A stretch of DNA of 58,586 nt, the filler included, from Squatina squatina (lineage: Eukaryota), in NCBI GenBank assembly GCA_031763465.1. It is 4 parts of 4 records of this genome, joined end to end, with 100 filler letters (N's around TTAATTAATTAA, not from the genome) between each part and the next. Parts side by side here need not be neighbours in the genome. Positions count along the whole stretch, not along the records: positions 12,778 to 27,893 come from JARFOE010000219.1; 3 more parts are not named here. One strand, given 5' to 3'. The notes beneath the pieces are model-generated. The model was not told the DNA's origin, ran no database searches, and saw only the letters and a list, made by a program, of their open reading frames with translations. The position numbers and the translations under genes were made by a program. The number at the start of each line of letters is the position of its first letter. Positions within the stretch are counted from its first letter, which is position 1. This document shows, one piece after another, positions 12,778 to 26,665 of this stretch.

Positions 12778-15619
12778 TGGGCCAGTCATGGGCATATTGG
12801 TAACTGTGTGAGTGAACATAGATTTAATACAGAAATTAATTACATTAACAAAAGATCAAAGGCGACTCTCTCTCTCTTAATAGTGAGATGGAATGCAAAG
12901 CTGACTTGTCGAAAAGATCTGGACAAGACAAAAGTATGTAAAATGCCTAAGCATCCATCTGTCAATAAAACTGTTATTAGCCTCCAATGTTGTGAAATGC
13001 TGAAGCATGTCAGAAAGCCTGGCCTCCCAGGACCAGAATGATGTTCCATGAATACCATTTTTATCAGAGGTTCCTGTCAAGTTGGCATCACAATGGGGAG
13101 AATCGTTTCCAGCTAAGTGTATACAAGACACTGGGGGCTGAAATTGGTCTTTGGCGACAGTACAAAATGAACAATAACAAATCCTCAGCTCCTTTTACAC
13201 TTCGCCCAATTTTCTTCTCCATTTTCTTCATGGCTTCTGGCCTTTACATGCAGCCAAAAGCTGAAAAAATAGAAGGAAGGCAAGCAGTCTCTGAAACCTC
13301 AGTTTTGTCGTGAGATGCAATAGCTGCCTGGTAACATTTGAGGGTATTCCACTGCCAGATGTGAATGAATGGTCAAAGGAAAGGTATCTATAATCCACGG
13401 TAATAAATAGGACTGAAGTAGACGTGTAGACAAAGCATAGTGAAAACATTCCTATTCCAGTGTTGCAGAAGCCCTAAGCTGACTGTAGGCACCTGCTAAT
13501 GCCAGTAGTGATGTAATATGATGCAAAAACTTAATTGCAATAAAAGTTGCCTTTCAGTTTAATCAAAATTCTAATGAAGGGTTGCGCTGCTCACTCAAGA
13601 AAATGAATGGATCATTTAACACAAATTAGATTTGAAAGTGTAATTATTTTTTATATTATTACTTGAAGATCTGTTACCTGAAGTGAATTTATCGGTAAAT
13701 GAAGAGAAATCTTCATACAATCTTCAAACTGTGAACCCGCATTAAATACCTTCAGGTCGTTTAAAATTTTAGTAGTGTTGTAAGAAAATGTCATTAGTAT
13801 TATTCTTATTCTGAATTACAATTTGATTCTGTTTTGCTATTATGGGTGAAAATACATTTTGGATATGACACATTCCATTTNNNNNNNNNNNNNNNNNNNN
13901 NNNNNNNNNNNNNNNNNNNNNNNNNNNNNNNNNNNNNNNNNNNNNNNNNNNNNNNNNNNNNNNNNNNNNNNNNNNNNNNNCTGTACGCAAATTGCCTGCT
14001 GCACTTAAAGAATGATTCATTGGCTGCGAAGAGCTTTTGGCGCATTGGAAATGTGAAAGGTGCCATTTAAATGCATTTTTTTTCTTTTGATTTACATTTC
14101 CCCCAATCTGGTTACATTTACCAGAAGCTGATGCAGAAGGCTACACACAACAGTCTGTCTTCCTGCTTAAATATATCAACAAGGAACTGGCTTTGGCGAC
14201 CCAGCAAGACAGTAAGCTAAATGTTTTCAATGTGGGTACCTCTCAAATAAATGTTGCTATTCAAAGAGTAGAATTTGAGTCTAGATAATTCTAGCATGTT
14301 TGAACTTCTATAAGTTGTCCTGTTTGAAAACAAAGGCAAATGTTAAGAGGACAATTACATCCTCAGTGCTGATCCATGTATTTTATAATTACCTGCTCTG
14401 TCAGTCATCTAAATGCTTGGATATAATTATTCTCTGTACCACCAACAACTTTTTAAAACATTTAATAGCTCAACTTATCTTGCAAAGAATTTATTCTTAG
14501 ATGAACATGAAAGGAAGCACTGCCCTCGTGAAAGGTAAGCATTTATTCTTTAATAGCTACACATGCTTTTTTTGCTGGATGTAAATAGCCGTCAATGAAC
14601 TTTGGTCATTAATAAGATCCTAAAATAAGCAAGAGCTTAAACAACAATCCCATAAGGGACCAGCATTATTCAAGTTGGGATAATTGAATGTAAAATTAGC
14701 AATAAATCACAAATGCTGCTCCATCCTTTGGGTGAAACTAAATAGTATATAATGATACATAGAGAAAGAAATGCTGATTTAATGGGAAATAATCAACAGA
14801 ACTAATCTCAGCTAAGGTCAAAATCACTGTTTACATATTTTGATGAGCCATGGTTCACCAATATGTCTTAACTGAGCCCACATGGATTAAAATGGATCAG
14901 TATTAAGAAAGAGAAATTGGGTTTCTTTGGCGTTCAGTTTCCGGCTGAGCTTTGGAAATGTTAATAACTGAGACGGGCCCAATTTTAACTCCAGGTGGAT
15001 TCCCTGCTTAGGCCTGAGTTAAAATTACAGTCAGTCTCAATGACGTCATTGGGCCCCAACATGCCGATGTAAAGAAGGACCCTGTTCACTCCGGGTGCCT
15101 GTCCTCACTGCCTGCTCAGGAGAGCAGGTTAAAATTGCAGATGTTGTGCTCATGGCGGCTTTCGGACAGGTAAAAGCCAGGGAGATGTTAAACTGCCCAT
15201 CCGCCAGGTTTCTGTTGGGCGAGTAGAGTTAAACATTCGAGACTTACTTGCACTTATTGTAGTTGGTGGATCAACACAATAGTTGTCAGCTGTGCTGTTG
15301 CCTTCCGTGTGAAGGGTCTTCCCCAAAGCTGTGCAACTGTATGAAATATTTATCAGTTAGCTAATTCTTCCCAAGATTCTACCAATTCAGTGCATCTTAG
15401 ATTACACAAAGATATCCATCTTTATTTGTGAGTAACTGAGCTGAAGGCATTCTATTTATATATGTCCTGGAAATTCATTGTATGCACAATAATGGAGACC
15501 TAGGAATAATTAAAGGAGCAGTTTATACCCAAGTTTCTGCCTTACCAGATGTATTTTGACAATGATGTGTGGGGTAGCTGCAGTGACCAATGCAGGCAGC
15601 TCACCCTGAATGTGCAGAT

Positions 15620-16435
15620 GAACATAAGAAAAGGAGGAGGCCATTCAGCCCCTCAAGCCTGTTCTGCTATTCAATTAGATCATGGCTGATTTGTATCTTG
15701 ACTTTATCCACCCACCCTTGCTTCCGTAACTCTTAATACCTTTGCCTAACAAAAATCTATCAGCTTTGAAATTTTCAATTGAACCCCAGCCACAACAGCT
15801 TTTTTGGGGAGAGAGTTCCAGATTTTGACTCCCTTTTGTGTGAAGAAGTGCTTCCTCACATCACCCCAGCTTTAACTTTAAGGTTATGCCCCCTTGTTCT
15901 GGACTCCACCGTCAGTGGAAAAAGTTTCTCTTTATCCCATCAAATCCTTTATCATCTTAAACACCTCAATTAGATCACCCCTTAATCTTCTATACTCAAG
16001 GGAATACAAGCCTTGTCCATGTAGCCTGTCCTCATAATTTAACTCCTTTAGCCCTGGTATCATTCTGGCGACTCTGCACTGTGCCCCCTCCAAGGCCAAT
16101 ATACCCTTCCTGAGGTGCGGGGCACAGAACTGAACACAGAACTCCAGATTGGGTCTAACCAGAGCTTTATATAATTGTAACATAATTTCCACCACTTTGA
16201 ATTCCAGCCCCCTTGTGATAAAGGCCAACATTCCAGTAGACTTTTTAGTTATTTTTGCACCTGTCCACTGGTTTTTAGTGATTTCTGTACTTGGTCCCGT
16301 AAATCTCTCTGCTCATTCACAGTTTCAAGCTTCTTGTCATTTAAAAAATACACAGGTTTCATTTGGATAACCTCACACTTCCCCCATGTTAAACTCATTC
16401 TGCCACAACAATTTTGCCCGTTCACTTAATCTGGC
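15620..16435 (-). mobile_element. CR1 LINE 3' part (ORF2 C-terminus and tail), degenerate
   Basis: MLQLYKALVRPNLEFCVQFCAPHLRKGILALEGAQCRVARMIPGLKELNYEDRL...LYSLEYRRLRGDLIEVFKMIK is the typical CR1 ORF2 end. The tail gggctgaatggcctcctcc..cttatgttc ends near 15620. Confidence 0.9.
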
Positions 16436-16789
16436 NNNNNNNNNNNNNNNNNNNNNNNNNNNNNNNNNNNNNNNNNNNNNNNNNNNNNNNNNNNNNNNNN
16501 NNNNNNNNNNNNNNNNNNNNNNNNNNNNNNNNNNNTTTCCATGTATAATTTTGCAGTACACAGATCCAAGACAGATTTAAAACTCTGATTAATGGCCCTA
16601 ATTATTACCTCTGCAGATGCTAATCTGTTCATTATTCAGCTAAAAGGATAATTTTAAAGCTCATTATTCACTACTGCACCAGCTATTGTAAAAACCCCTG
16701 TTATTTTTAACTATATACTAATCATAGAATGGTGGTGCACAGAAGGAGGCCATTCAGCCCATCGAGTCTGCACCAACTGATGTTTCAGT

Positions 16790-17025
16790 TGACTTAGCTT
16801 ATCTCAGCTTGGGTCGCAGGAAGGATGCTATAGTTGACCTCAGTGCCCCCAGGCTAGGGAAGACAAAGTTAGTCATGGCTCCCACTGTTTTCTGATGAAT
16901 TTTGTTGAAACTGCACATGTGCCGACATGGGTAAAGACGGGATGGGGGTCAGCTGTGATCACCCTGTGGCTGTATAGCTTTCTGACACTCATTGCCAAGG
17001 CTAACCTGTGGAGGACTACCCGCTG
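16790..17025 (+). mobile_element. Degenerate SINE-like repeat (same family as 660-1040)
   Basis: Colinear similarity to 740-1000. Confidence 0.5.
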
Positions 17026-18929
17026 ATGCCACTTTGCATTAAATGTAAAAGCGTCAGTATAAATATACCTCGATTTTCATCAAACTTTAAAGACTTCATT
17101 AGCGAAGTGAAGAGGAGGTTTTTAATTTTATAGTTTAGAGATTGTCACAGTTAAATTTCACTTCATTTTGGGCTGATTATCTGTCCTGCGATGCCATATT
17201 TTCATCCTTGTTATAATTGAAGCTCTTTAAAGGAATGTACAATCACGTTTGATTGGGCTGCACTATCTTCTCTAGGATCGTTCTGTCTCACAAATGTCTA
17301 TGCACTTTATGTGCATGCAATTTCCAGTGATGAGAAGTATTATGAATAACTGCCTCAATGTTCATCTGTTATTATTTCTCAGAGACCATGATAACTAACT
17401 GAACGGCAATCAGATTTAATTGGAAATGAAACTGTGTAAAAAATGAGGACGGCAGTTAGATAAAATGTACGCAGCATATTTTACAGTACTGAATGCAAAA
17501 TTACTGGAATCAAGTGCTTCTAGATGCATATAGGTGAATTGTTACTGAATAGGGTGCCGGTCCTTTTAAGATGAACAATAAACAGATTGACATCTGCAGA
17601 GTTAATAAGCAAGGGCCATTAATCAGCATCTTATCATTCTAACAAACGTATGCCTGGAAATTACCTTGTTCAATGTCAAGTGCATGGACACATAAAAGGT
17701 TTACATAATATTACTTTGATACTTCAATGGATGAAATTACACTTTTGGTTATGTTAAATAAATGGTTTAATGCCACCACTGAAATGGCAGAAAGAGGAAT
17801 TTGGGACAAACTTGTATCCCACACACTGTATCTTGTATGATCGTGTAATACCAGTATTCCATTGCTATCTGAACTGGATGTTGGTGCAATTTCAGGATCT
17901 TTGTATAGTGATGATCTCCTTTAGGTTTGTACACTCATCAACATTTCTCGTAATATACCACAGGTGGAGAAGAGTCGTTATTTTCACCATTTAAAGATCA
18001 TCCATTCCTGCCATTTAATGTGGCAGTACTTTTACNNNNNNNNNNNNNNNNNNNNNNNNNNNNNNNNNNNNNNNNNNNNNNNNNNNNNNNNNNNNNNNNN
18101 NNNNNNNNNNNNNNNNNNNNNNNNNNNNNNNNNNNCCACATGTGGTATAACAACACATTTCTCTTGTACAGGAAATTGTGAAAGGGTATTGGCTGTGTTC
18201 TGGGACAGAATGGAATGAAATAGGTTTGAAGGACAGAGATTCTGAAAAGCTGGCAGCCATCTGTAATGTGGCTCGAGAAGCAACGGGGCTGCTTGCGTCT
18301 CAGTCTAAGAGGGAGCAGCAACGCCAAGACTTTGTCCTGGGCTGGGCCTGACTGCTGGGAATGCAGCCAAGAGGCAGCAGACATTCAGGCCTGTCCCACA
18401 ATAACCGTATTCCTTTGTTGTCAGTCTCTCAATGAAAAAAAAAATCCAATATTATCTGTATCTCACTAAGCAGGCTATATCTCTCTTTACTTTGAGATCT
18501 GAAGGGTGAAGTCGGGAGACGAAGTCAAGAGGCGAGATCAGAAGTCAGAAGGTGAGGCTGGGAGCTAAAAGCTGGGGTGTAATTGAGAGGCCAGGAGCAC
18601 CACCTCATCCAAGCTTCCCTGCACTGTATCTTATTGTGCTGCCATCAGGGTTGACCTTAAAATTATAGTGGCAGAGAGCAGGCTCTTTAACCACTACAGT
18701 GGTGAGCTTAATTGCTTGAATAGTTCCCCTATATCCCATTGTGTTTTATCCAATAGAACTTTCACTTTGCTTCAGTTCATCATGAAGCCCAGTTGAGTGA
18801 ACACCATTGAAATTCAATGTTCTCCACATTTAATAGAAGAAAAACAACTCACCTCTTTAATTATTGTTTTTGTTCCTGTCCACTGATTTCTGTACACGGG
18901 CCCCCAAATTTCTCCGCTTCTCACCATAT

Positions 18930-20223
18930 GGAACACCATATAATCCCTTGTGTAGAACCTTATCGAATGCCTTCTGGAAATCCATATAGATAACGTCCCG
19001 TAGACACCGAGTAGGGAACTCCTCAAATAATTGAACTAGACTAATCAGACTCGACATACCCGTAACAAATCCACGCTGGCTCTCTGATCAGCTCACAGAT
19101 CAGCTCACACTTGTCCTAGTGCTCAGTCACTCTGTCCCTAATGACAAATTCAATACCTTCCCCACAACAGACGTTAAACTGACAGGCCTGTCGTTGCCTG
19201 GTTTCTCTCTCGCACTCTTTTTAAATAGTTGCCAATCCAATGGCGTATTTCCCACAAGAGCTTTGAAAGATTATGGTAGACGTTTCTGCAATTTCCTCAC
19301 GGGCTTCTTTTAATACCTTGGAGTGGAAACCATCAGGTCTGGGAGATTTATCAACCCTAAGTCCCATTATTTTCTCCACTGCCATTTTCTAAAATTGTAT
19401 GAAACCCAATTTCAGTTTACCTTCTATCACTGTTAATTTATTTTTTTCTGTTCTATGAAAATGGATAAAGTACGTGTTAAATAATCTGCCATGACCTTGT
19501 GCGTTCCAGTACCACCTGTGCCTGTCTATAATGGACCCACACTTTGCCCTGCCACACTCTTACTCTTAATATATTGAGAAAAACTTTGGCTCTTTATTGG
19601 TCTTGTATTAAATACCTATTCACATACACCCAGTGTTTTTCTGTGAGATTACCTGTCAACAGCTCAGTCCAGTTTAATGTGTTCAGCTTACGTCCCATTC
19701 TTTCAAAGTCAGCCTTACTTAAGTTTAAAACTGTGGTTAGTGTGTGATCTTTCTCCTTGTTGAACTTAATGTCAAACTCTATCATGCTATGGTCACTGTT
19801 TGCCAGATGCTCCCTTTCTGCCAGACTTAATTAATTCTCGCTCATTACTAAATCTAATATTACCTCTTCTCTTGTCAGTTCGAGAACATATTGTTTCTGA
19901 AACCTATCCTGGATACCTCTACAAGTTCATCAGCGTTATAACTTGAGCTGTTTTGCAAGTCCCAGTCTGTATGAAAATTATATTCTCCCGTAAGAACCAC
20001 TATGCCACATGTTTCCCTGATCTCCGTGTTTTTGCATTCCGCTATGACATCACTGCTGTCAGGAGGCCTGTAGACAACTCCCACCTGAGTGCTCCATCCA
20101 TTGCTGCTCCATAATTCTACCCAGAGTCTTTCTACCGCTCACCCTCCCTTATGGAAAAACTTTCTTTCACCCGCGTCCTTTATCAATGTTGCTACTCCTC
20201 TTTCCCCTATTTCCCTGTCCTTT
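18930..20223 (-). mobile_element. CR1 LINE ORF2 fragment (APE endonuclease to RT), frameshifted and internally deleted
   Basis: Motifs in order: KDREIGERGVATLIKD, GVVYRPP, GEYNF (GDFN-like), SDHSMIEF, KADFERM, RPVSLTSVVGKVL, DVIYMDFQKAFDKVLH. Confidence 0.9.
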
Positions 20224-21319
20224 NNNNNNNNNNNNNNNNNNNNNNNNNNNNNNNNNNNNNNNNNNNNNNNNNNNNNNNNNNNNNNNNNNNNNNNNNNNNN
20301 NNNNNNNNNNNNNNNNNNNNNNNATTGTGAGCGAAATTCATCATATGAGGAAAGTGAGGGAGTATTTTTCTCATAATGAATGGCAATTAATGAAACTGCA
20401 TTTGCAGGAAGTATAGGCTTCAATGCTGTAGGTTTGTATTATTTCAGCAATGGGCCATTAATTACAGAGAACAACTGGCATCTTTCATTAAAAGAAAAAA
20501 ATGGCTGCTCTAATGTTTAAGATAACCTTTATTTTAATGACAGGAAGTATGCGTTAATTCATAGACCGGAATCTCCGGTAAAGATGCTCACTATGTCCAA
20601 AGGCATTCAGCAGTAAATGACATGAGTGTTGTATTTCCAATCTGAGGGTAAATTTAATAACAGGGAGTTAAAGCTGAATGGAGTTTGTCAATCTTACCCG
20701 ATTCACAATTTTCCAAGACAGTGCACAGAAATCCATTATTACTATTTAGTCACAAGATAGTGACGTGTATTATAATTGATTCACATGTGAGAGTGATAAA
20801 TGTGTTTGAACCAAACTAATTTTTTTAAATTACTTTCATATTATGATATTACAATGATTATATATTGTATGACATATGGTTAGAGTCTGGACATAGACCG
20901 TAAATTGAAGGCTTATAATGAGATATTGATAATTTTTCATGTCAGACCCTCAGCTCGTCAATATTATAGATTGCAGCATTGGATCTATTGTCTTATCAGA
21001 TTATGCTTTACTTATTTTATCCATTAGAATCACTTCCCCAAACATGATGTCATAATTTATGAGAAATATCCCATGCGTTTTTAAAAGCAAACAGGGCCTT
21101 TTGAAACCCGCGACTATAATTGTGCTCTAAAGTGCTTAACTTGAAACTATTGACTGCAACATTTGCACTCTGTTAATAATTTTTATTTGTATCAACAACC
21201 AACATCTGTATTCTGTTCTGTCAAACACTCTGATATGTGTCACTGGCCCTTACATCTAAGAACAACCTTTTTTTGTTGACTCATGAACATTTAATATATT
21301 TTTGGAAACCATACTCAAA

Positions 21320-21482
21320 ACAACTTGTATTTCTATAGCGCCTTTAATGTGGTGAAGCGTCCCAAGGCGCTTCGCCGGAGAATTATTTGACACTGAGTCG
21401 CATATGGAGAAATTAGGGCAGGTGACCAAAAGCTTGGTCAAAGAGGTAGGTTTTAAGGAGCATCTTGAAGGAGGAAAGAGAG
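21320..21482 (-). mobile_element. L2 LINE 3' end
   Basis: Encodes SLSSFKMLLKTYLFDQAF (L2 ORF2 C-terminus); tail reads aaggcgctatagaaatacaagttgtt. Confidence 0.8.
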
Positions 21483-24400
21483 NNNNNNNNNNNNNNNNNN
21501 NNNNNNNNNNNNNNNNNNNNNNNNNNNNNNNNNNNNNNNNNNNNNNNNNNNNNNNNNNNNNNNNNNNNNNNNNNNNNNNNNNTGCTGGTGCGGGACTTAC
21601 ACGGCTGGCGCAGGAAGTCCCGCTTCACCTCAGTTACCGCCCCCAAACGGGTCGCTACCGGATTTCAGCCCCAAACTTTTCACAATTGGATGTATGGGGG
21701 AAAAACGGGGCTTTAGAAATGGTGGCATTAAAGCAAGAATTGCAAATAAGCAAGCTGTAATTAAACAGGTCTGACTGTAATGACAGAGTGAGATCATATT
21801 TTCCATAGTTCTAGTTCTCTTCATTTCTTCCTCCAATTATTTTTAATGATTTTCTTGCCTTAGTTGCATATTTTTATTAAAGGTGAAATTAATCAAATAT
21901 TTCCTTAGCTTTGCCCCATATGCTTCCCAATTTACCACCCTCAGAATAGCTTTGAGCAAAATGCTTCCTAGCTGTCGCTGTGTCACATTTTTATGTACAT
22001 GGTTGACTTGTTTTGTACTTTTTGAAAAAATTTCCCATCTGCACAAACCTGAGAAAAAAGCAAATGCAAATTGTGTGGGATAGAACTGTGACAGGTTTAG
22101 CAAATGAAAGTTTGACATTGCTTTAAAATTGGCTGAAGAGTAAATGTGCACCAATTGCAATTAATGACATAAGGGCAGATTTTCATAATAAGCATTGAGG
22201 AAGGGTTAACCTCTACATGGGTTAACAAAAATGGAAACAATTCTTTTCTTAGAAGTTCATCACCTTGACTGATGCTGACTAATTTAAACACTGCATTTAG
22301 TATGTGAGTTTAGTTATTCAACAGCTGGGGTGCAATTGAACGGTCCTTTATAGCTTACAAACACTTACTAATTTTCTAAAGTACAGAACATATCATTATA
22401 GAGTGCTATGCACTACACCAAGCCTACAATTAGTCTGAATTTATTCAAAACACAATACAAAAGCCCAACTGCATGACCCCTCCCCGTAAGAAGTAATTTA
22501 CTGTACAATATTATTACAATTACTTTCAGCTGGTCCTCTGTGGTACAAGAAACCCAATGATCAGTCAATCATCCTGCATAAAATTATTATTTATGAAGTA
22601 CTTGACATGCATCTCTTTTAACTTGCTGCTTTCGGTAAAAAAAATATGGTTCTCCCTTGATCCTAAGAAGCTCATACATGAATAACTACAGAGGAGACTG
22701 GGAGAAATGAAATAAAAAAAGTTGACGTGGATACTTTTGATGTCGTTCAGTTTTCTATCTTTTTGAGTATTAAATAGTCTGCACCTGGCAAAACACAGAT
22801 TTCAAACCATTTAATGACGACATTGATTGGTATACAAGAGGAAGCTGAATGAAGCAGGAGTTGTGATCAAGTGGCTCTTCCTGCCGTTCCATTCCCGCCT
22901 CATGTCATAGTTAACCCGGGGTTTTCACTGCTGGTTAAAGTGGCTCAGTAGAAAACCTCACTAATGTATGCCAATCGAGGTCGCATGACTTACATAGGGG
23001 CCTGACAACAGTTTAATTGCTTCCTGAGCGGGGTGCTGAGCAAAAGCTGTCGAGGAAGAAGCAGAGGACTGGAAAGGTAAGTTTTAAGCGTCCACTTGTG
23101 GGATTAGGAGGAGCAAGTATGTGCGAGCCTCTGCTGCCCAGGACTCCCGCCTGCCAGGCTCTGTCAAGCGCCCCGAGTGCCTGCCTCTTTCTGCTCCTCG
23201 GGAAGGCAGCTGACTGGCAGGACTGAAGTGAGGCCGAGCCATTAATATGGGCCGGGCCTCCCACTGAGACTCTCGGGCATGCCCTCTGGCCTCTCACCCG
23301 GAACTTAAAACCCCCCTGCTCTGTCTGAATAGCTTCTCACTAATGTCAGGTGCTCTTAAGTGGCTTTTGGGCTTAGCTGCAATTATAAGCAAAAGCAAAT
23401 TGTGCGTTAGACGTTCAGGGAAGTTTTGATACATTGCTGATCGCTGTGCATGTTGCTCTCTGTGTGCACTTACTTTATTTTCCGCTTCAATAGGATCCAA
23501 ATGTGTGTTTATGGAAGTCAGTGGGTGGTTAAAGGAGTCAGAGGCTGTTTCGTGCTAATGTGTCGCCTCGAATTCCCTGTGCAGTCTTTTACATGTAATC
23601 CACGGTCTATAATTGTGTTTTATATGGCTAATAAACACATGACTTATGTTGTTATTTCTGCTCCAGTCGCACATTGATGAAAAATAATTGAAGTCTGGTC
23701 CAATTAGGAATATCCAGAGATGAAGGCACAGCTGTTGATTGCTAGCTGCACACCAAAGTAAATGCATGATTTCAAATCCGGAGTTAATCCTTTTCATGTG
23801 TCTGGTAGCGACTNNNNNNNNNNNNNNNNNNNNNNNNNNNNNNNNNNNNNNNNNNNNNNNNNNNNNNNNNNNNNNNNNNNNNNNNNNNNNNNNNNNNNNN
23901 NNNNNNNNNNNNNCCTGTCTCCATGTACATGTCCTAATTATTGAGGGGTGGGGGAGAATACCTAGGCCAAACACTCTAACATCATGCTATTTGCACCATG
24001 CAGTGGATGGGGTGAGTATTGATGGGCCTAGCTGTCTTCTTTTGTCCATTTTGTCCCCGGGCTATTACAGGTACCTGCCTGAATTAGGTGAGTGCCTCAT
24101 TAAATTATGCCAAATTGGGATCCTATGATGTACATAAGATCCTGATTGCAATTTTGAGGAGCAAGCCTTGAGCAATCTAACCAGCTGTCCTAAAGCGACC
24201 ACTGGAGGCTGCTCACATAATGGCCCAGGGAATAACTTTTTTTTTGGAGAGGCAAAGTGAGCTACAGCCGACCCCTCCAAGGACCCCCGAGAACAACCCC
24301 CACCCCCACTGGGTCTGACAGTTGACCAGCTGCCAGAACCAGCAAGCTGCAATAGGGCATTCATTTGGTGCCGCAGTTCACACTTCAATGGCAAGAATAG

Positions 24401-24832
24401 GCGGACATCCTCTGTCCGCCATCTGTCTGTTTCCCAACAATTGTTAAAATTGGCCAAAAGATGTTTATTACCTTGTAAAATCAGCAAAACCATAGTTTTC
24501 TTTTTAAGATGCTATACACTTATCTCTGTTACAAAGTGCACAGAACTGTCAACTCTCACGGATTGAGAGTGACAGTCACTTACTTTGGTTTAAAAATGAT
24601 ATCTAGGAATCTGCTGACTACACCTCTGCTGTGCATGGTAACCATGACCTCTTGAGAACATAAGGGCAAATGCCAGTTGTGGATCAGCTGGCGGCACTCT
24701 CGCCTCTGAGGAAGATCAGAAGATTGAGGGTTCGAGTCCCACACCACTTCTGAAGTATCACCTGCCTCCAACCTTACTTTATTCCCACTGGCTTTCAAGA
24801 TTTCTTTCATGCCTTTGTCACCNNNNNNNNNN

Positions 24833-25292
24833 CACTTTTTACACCAGCCTCCTAAACTACAGCCTCTGCAAACTTCAACTCATCCGTAATTCGGCTGCCT
24901 GCACAAAGTTCAATTCACGCATTACCCAGCCTTACAATTTCCATTAGCTCCTTGTCCCTCATTTCATCGACATAAAGATTCTCTTCTACAAGTCCTTCTG
25001 TCCTTCCTGAAATAAGCCTTTGCAATCTACTCCAGCCTGCTCCCACCTTCAACTCTGGTCAACTGTGCAATCACCTCCCCGCTCCCCAATTTACCATGAG
25101 TGGCAGAGCCTTCAGCCATCTCGCCCCTGCATACTGTGCTCCTCTCCCCAACTCTGCTTGAACCTTCTTCGAAAGCACCTTTGGCCACCTCCCCTAATTT
25201 CTCTTATACTCTTGCTTGCATTGACTCCCAAGAGTGAAATGCCTTGGGATAGTTTGCTACATTTAAGGCACAATATAAATGTGAGTTGTTGC
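24833..25292 (+). mobile_element. Degenerate L2 LINE 3' part
   Basis: Contains ctctgcaaacttcaactcatccgtaattcggctgcc, ggcagagccttcagcc and the tail ttaaggcacaatataaatgtgagttgttg. Confidence 0.6.
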
Positions 25293-25907
25293 CTGTCTTC
25301 TCTAAGCCAATTCTGATTTTCAATGTATTCCATTTCTTGTCTATCTACACGTTAAAGTTAATTAATCTACTCAGCTTTGCACTACCAGAGGTCAACCCTG
25401 ACAGGATCCTACATGGCACTAATTTGACATCTTCATCTTGCAGCCTCCTAATCATTTCTTCTTACGATGTCAGATTGGCTGTTACCCACGTTATTTATTT
25501 GATTACAGATAATTACTACAGGCCCTTTTCCAGGTGCTTTCAACATACTGTATATCCTCTGTACAATACAGTTCACCTTAACCCTTAAGCACTTAACTGA
25601 ATGATTAACAATCTCCTTTACATTCCCTTTTATTCAGACAAAAATCATGAAAGCTTCAGTACTGAAGAAGGGCATTTGGCTCTTTTGCCTGTGCCAGTGC
25701 TAACCAACCCATTAGTGCTATCACCACTAATCCCATCTCCCTGCTCTTTCCCCGTACTCTTAATATCTATCTTCTTCAAGTCTTTATCTAATTCCCTCTT
25801 AAATTGACAAGGCTCAGGCAGACAGCTGTGGTAAAGCATTTCTTGATATAATAAGCCTATATAATAAGCCTTTAAGTGAAAATTAATCCTTCTAACATTC
25901 CCTCTCT

Positions 25908-26006
25908 GGCCAGGAGATTCCTCGGAACTGCTCCCACTTCGGCGGAAGTGCAGTGGAAATCCTGTTTACGCCAGTGGAGAGAGCAGCTCTGAGGAATTTC
26001 GTGGCC
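25908..26006. mobile_element. 99-bp MITE with 26-bp terminal inverted repeats (Harbinger-like)
   Basis: Left ggccaggagattcctcggaactgctc vs reverse complement of right end ggccacgaaattcctcagagctgctc, 22/26 identical. Flanks tct / tat. Confidence 0.8.
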
Positions 26007-26497
26007 TATGTTTCTGATTATATAATTTCCCCATCAAAAATTAATATAACTACATGGAAGTTACAAACCAGAAACAGGACAATCAGCCCAATCTTTCCAT
26101 GTCGAAATTTACCCGACACAGAAGCAAACAGTCCAAATCGTATTTACCCGCCCTGCTCCCATATTCCTTCATTCCCTTTTATCATCTACCTATTCAACCT
26201 AATCCTGACTGTTAACAAAGTATGTGCCTCCACCAGTAACCATAGAAGTCAATTCTGTAGCCTCATAACTGTGTGTGAAGATGTTTTCCCTTGCTCTCTG
26301 CTCTAAGGGACTTACAGTTAATCTTGCATCAATGGATTGTCATTCGATTTCCCANNNNNNNNNNNNNNNNNNNNNNNNNNNNNNNNNNNNNNNNNNNNNN
26401 NNNNNNNNNNNNNNNNNNNNNNNNNNNNNNNNNNNNNNNNNNNNNNNNNNNNNNGAATTAGCACATTTGTCTCCTCACTATTTTAATAGAGTCTGAT

Positions 26498-26665
26498 AGG
26501 GCCTCAGTTTAATATTTCATTTGAAAGCCGACACCTCCGACATTACAGCAGTCCTTCAGTTCTGTGCAGGAGTGTGAGCCTAGATAATTTTCTGAAGTCT
26601 CTGGAGTGGGACTTGAACCCACAACCATCTGACTCAGAGGCAAGGGTGGTACCCACTACTGACAC
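26498..26665 (-). mobile_element. tRNA-derived Deu-type SINE, 5' part
   Basis: Reverse of gcctctgagtcagatggttgtgggttcaagtcccactccagagac, followed by a degenerate Deu core. Confidence 0.75.
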
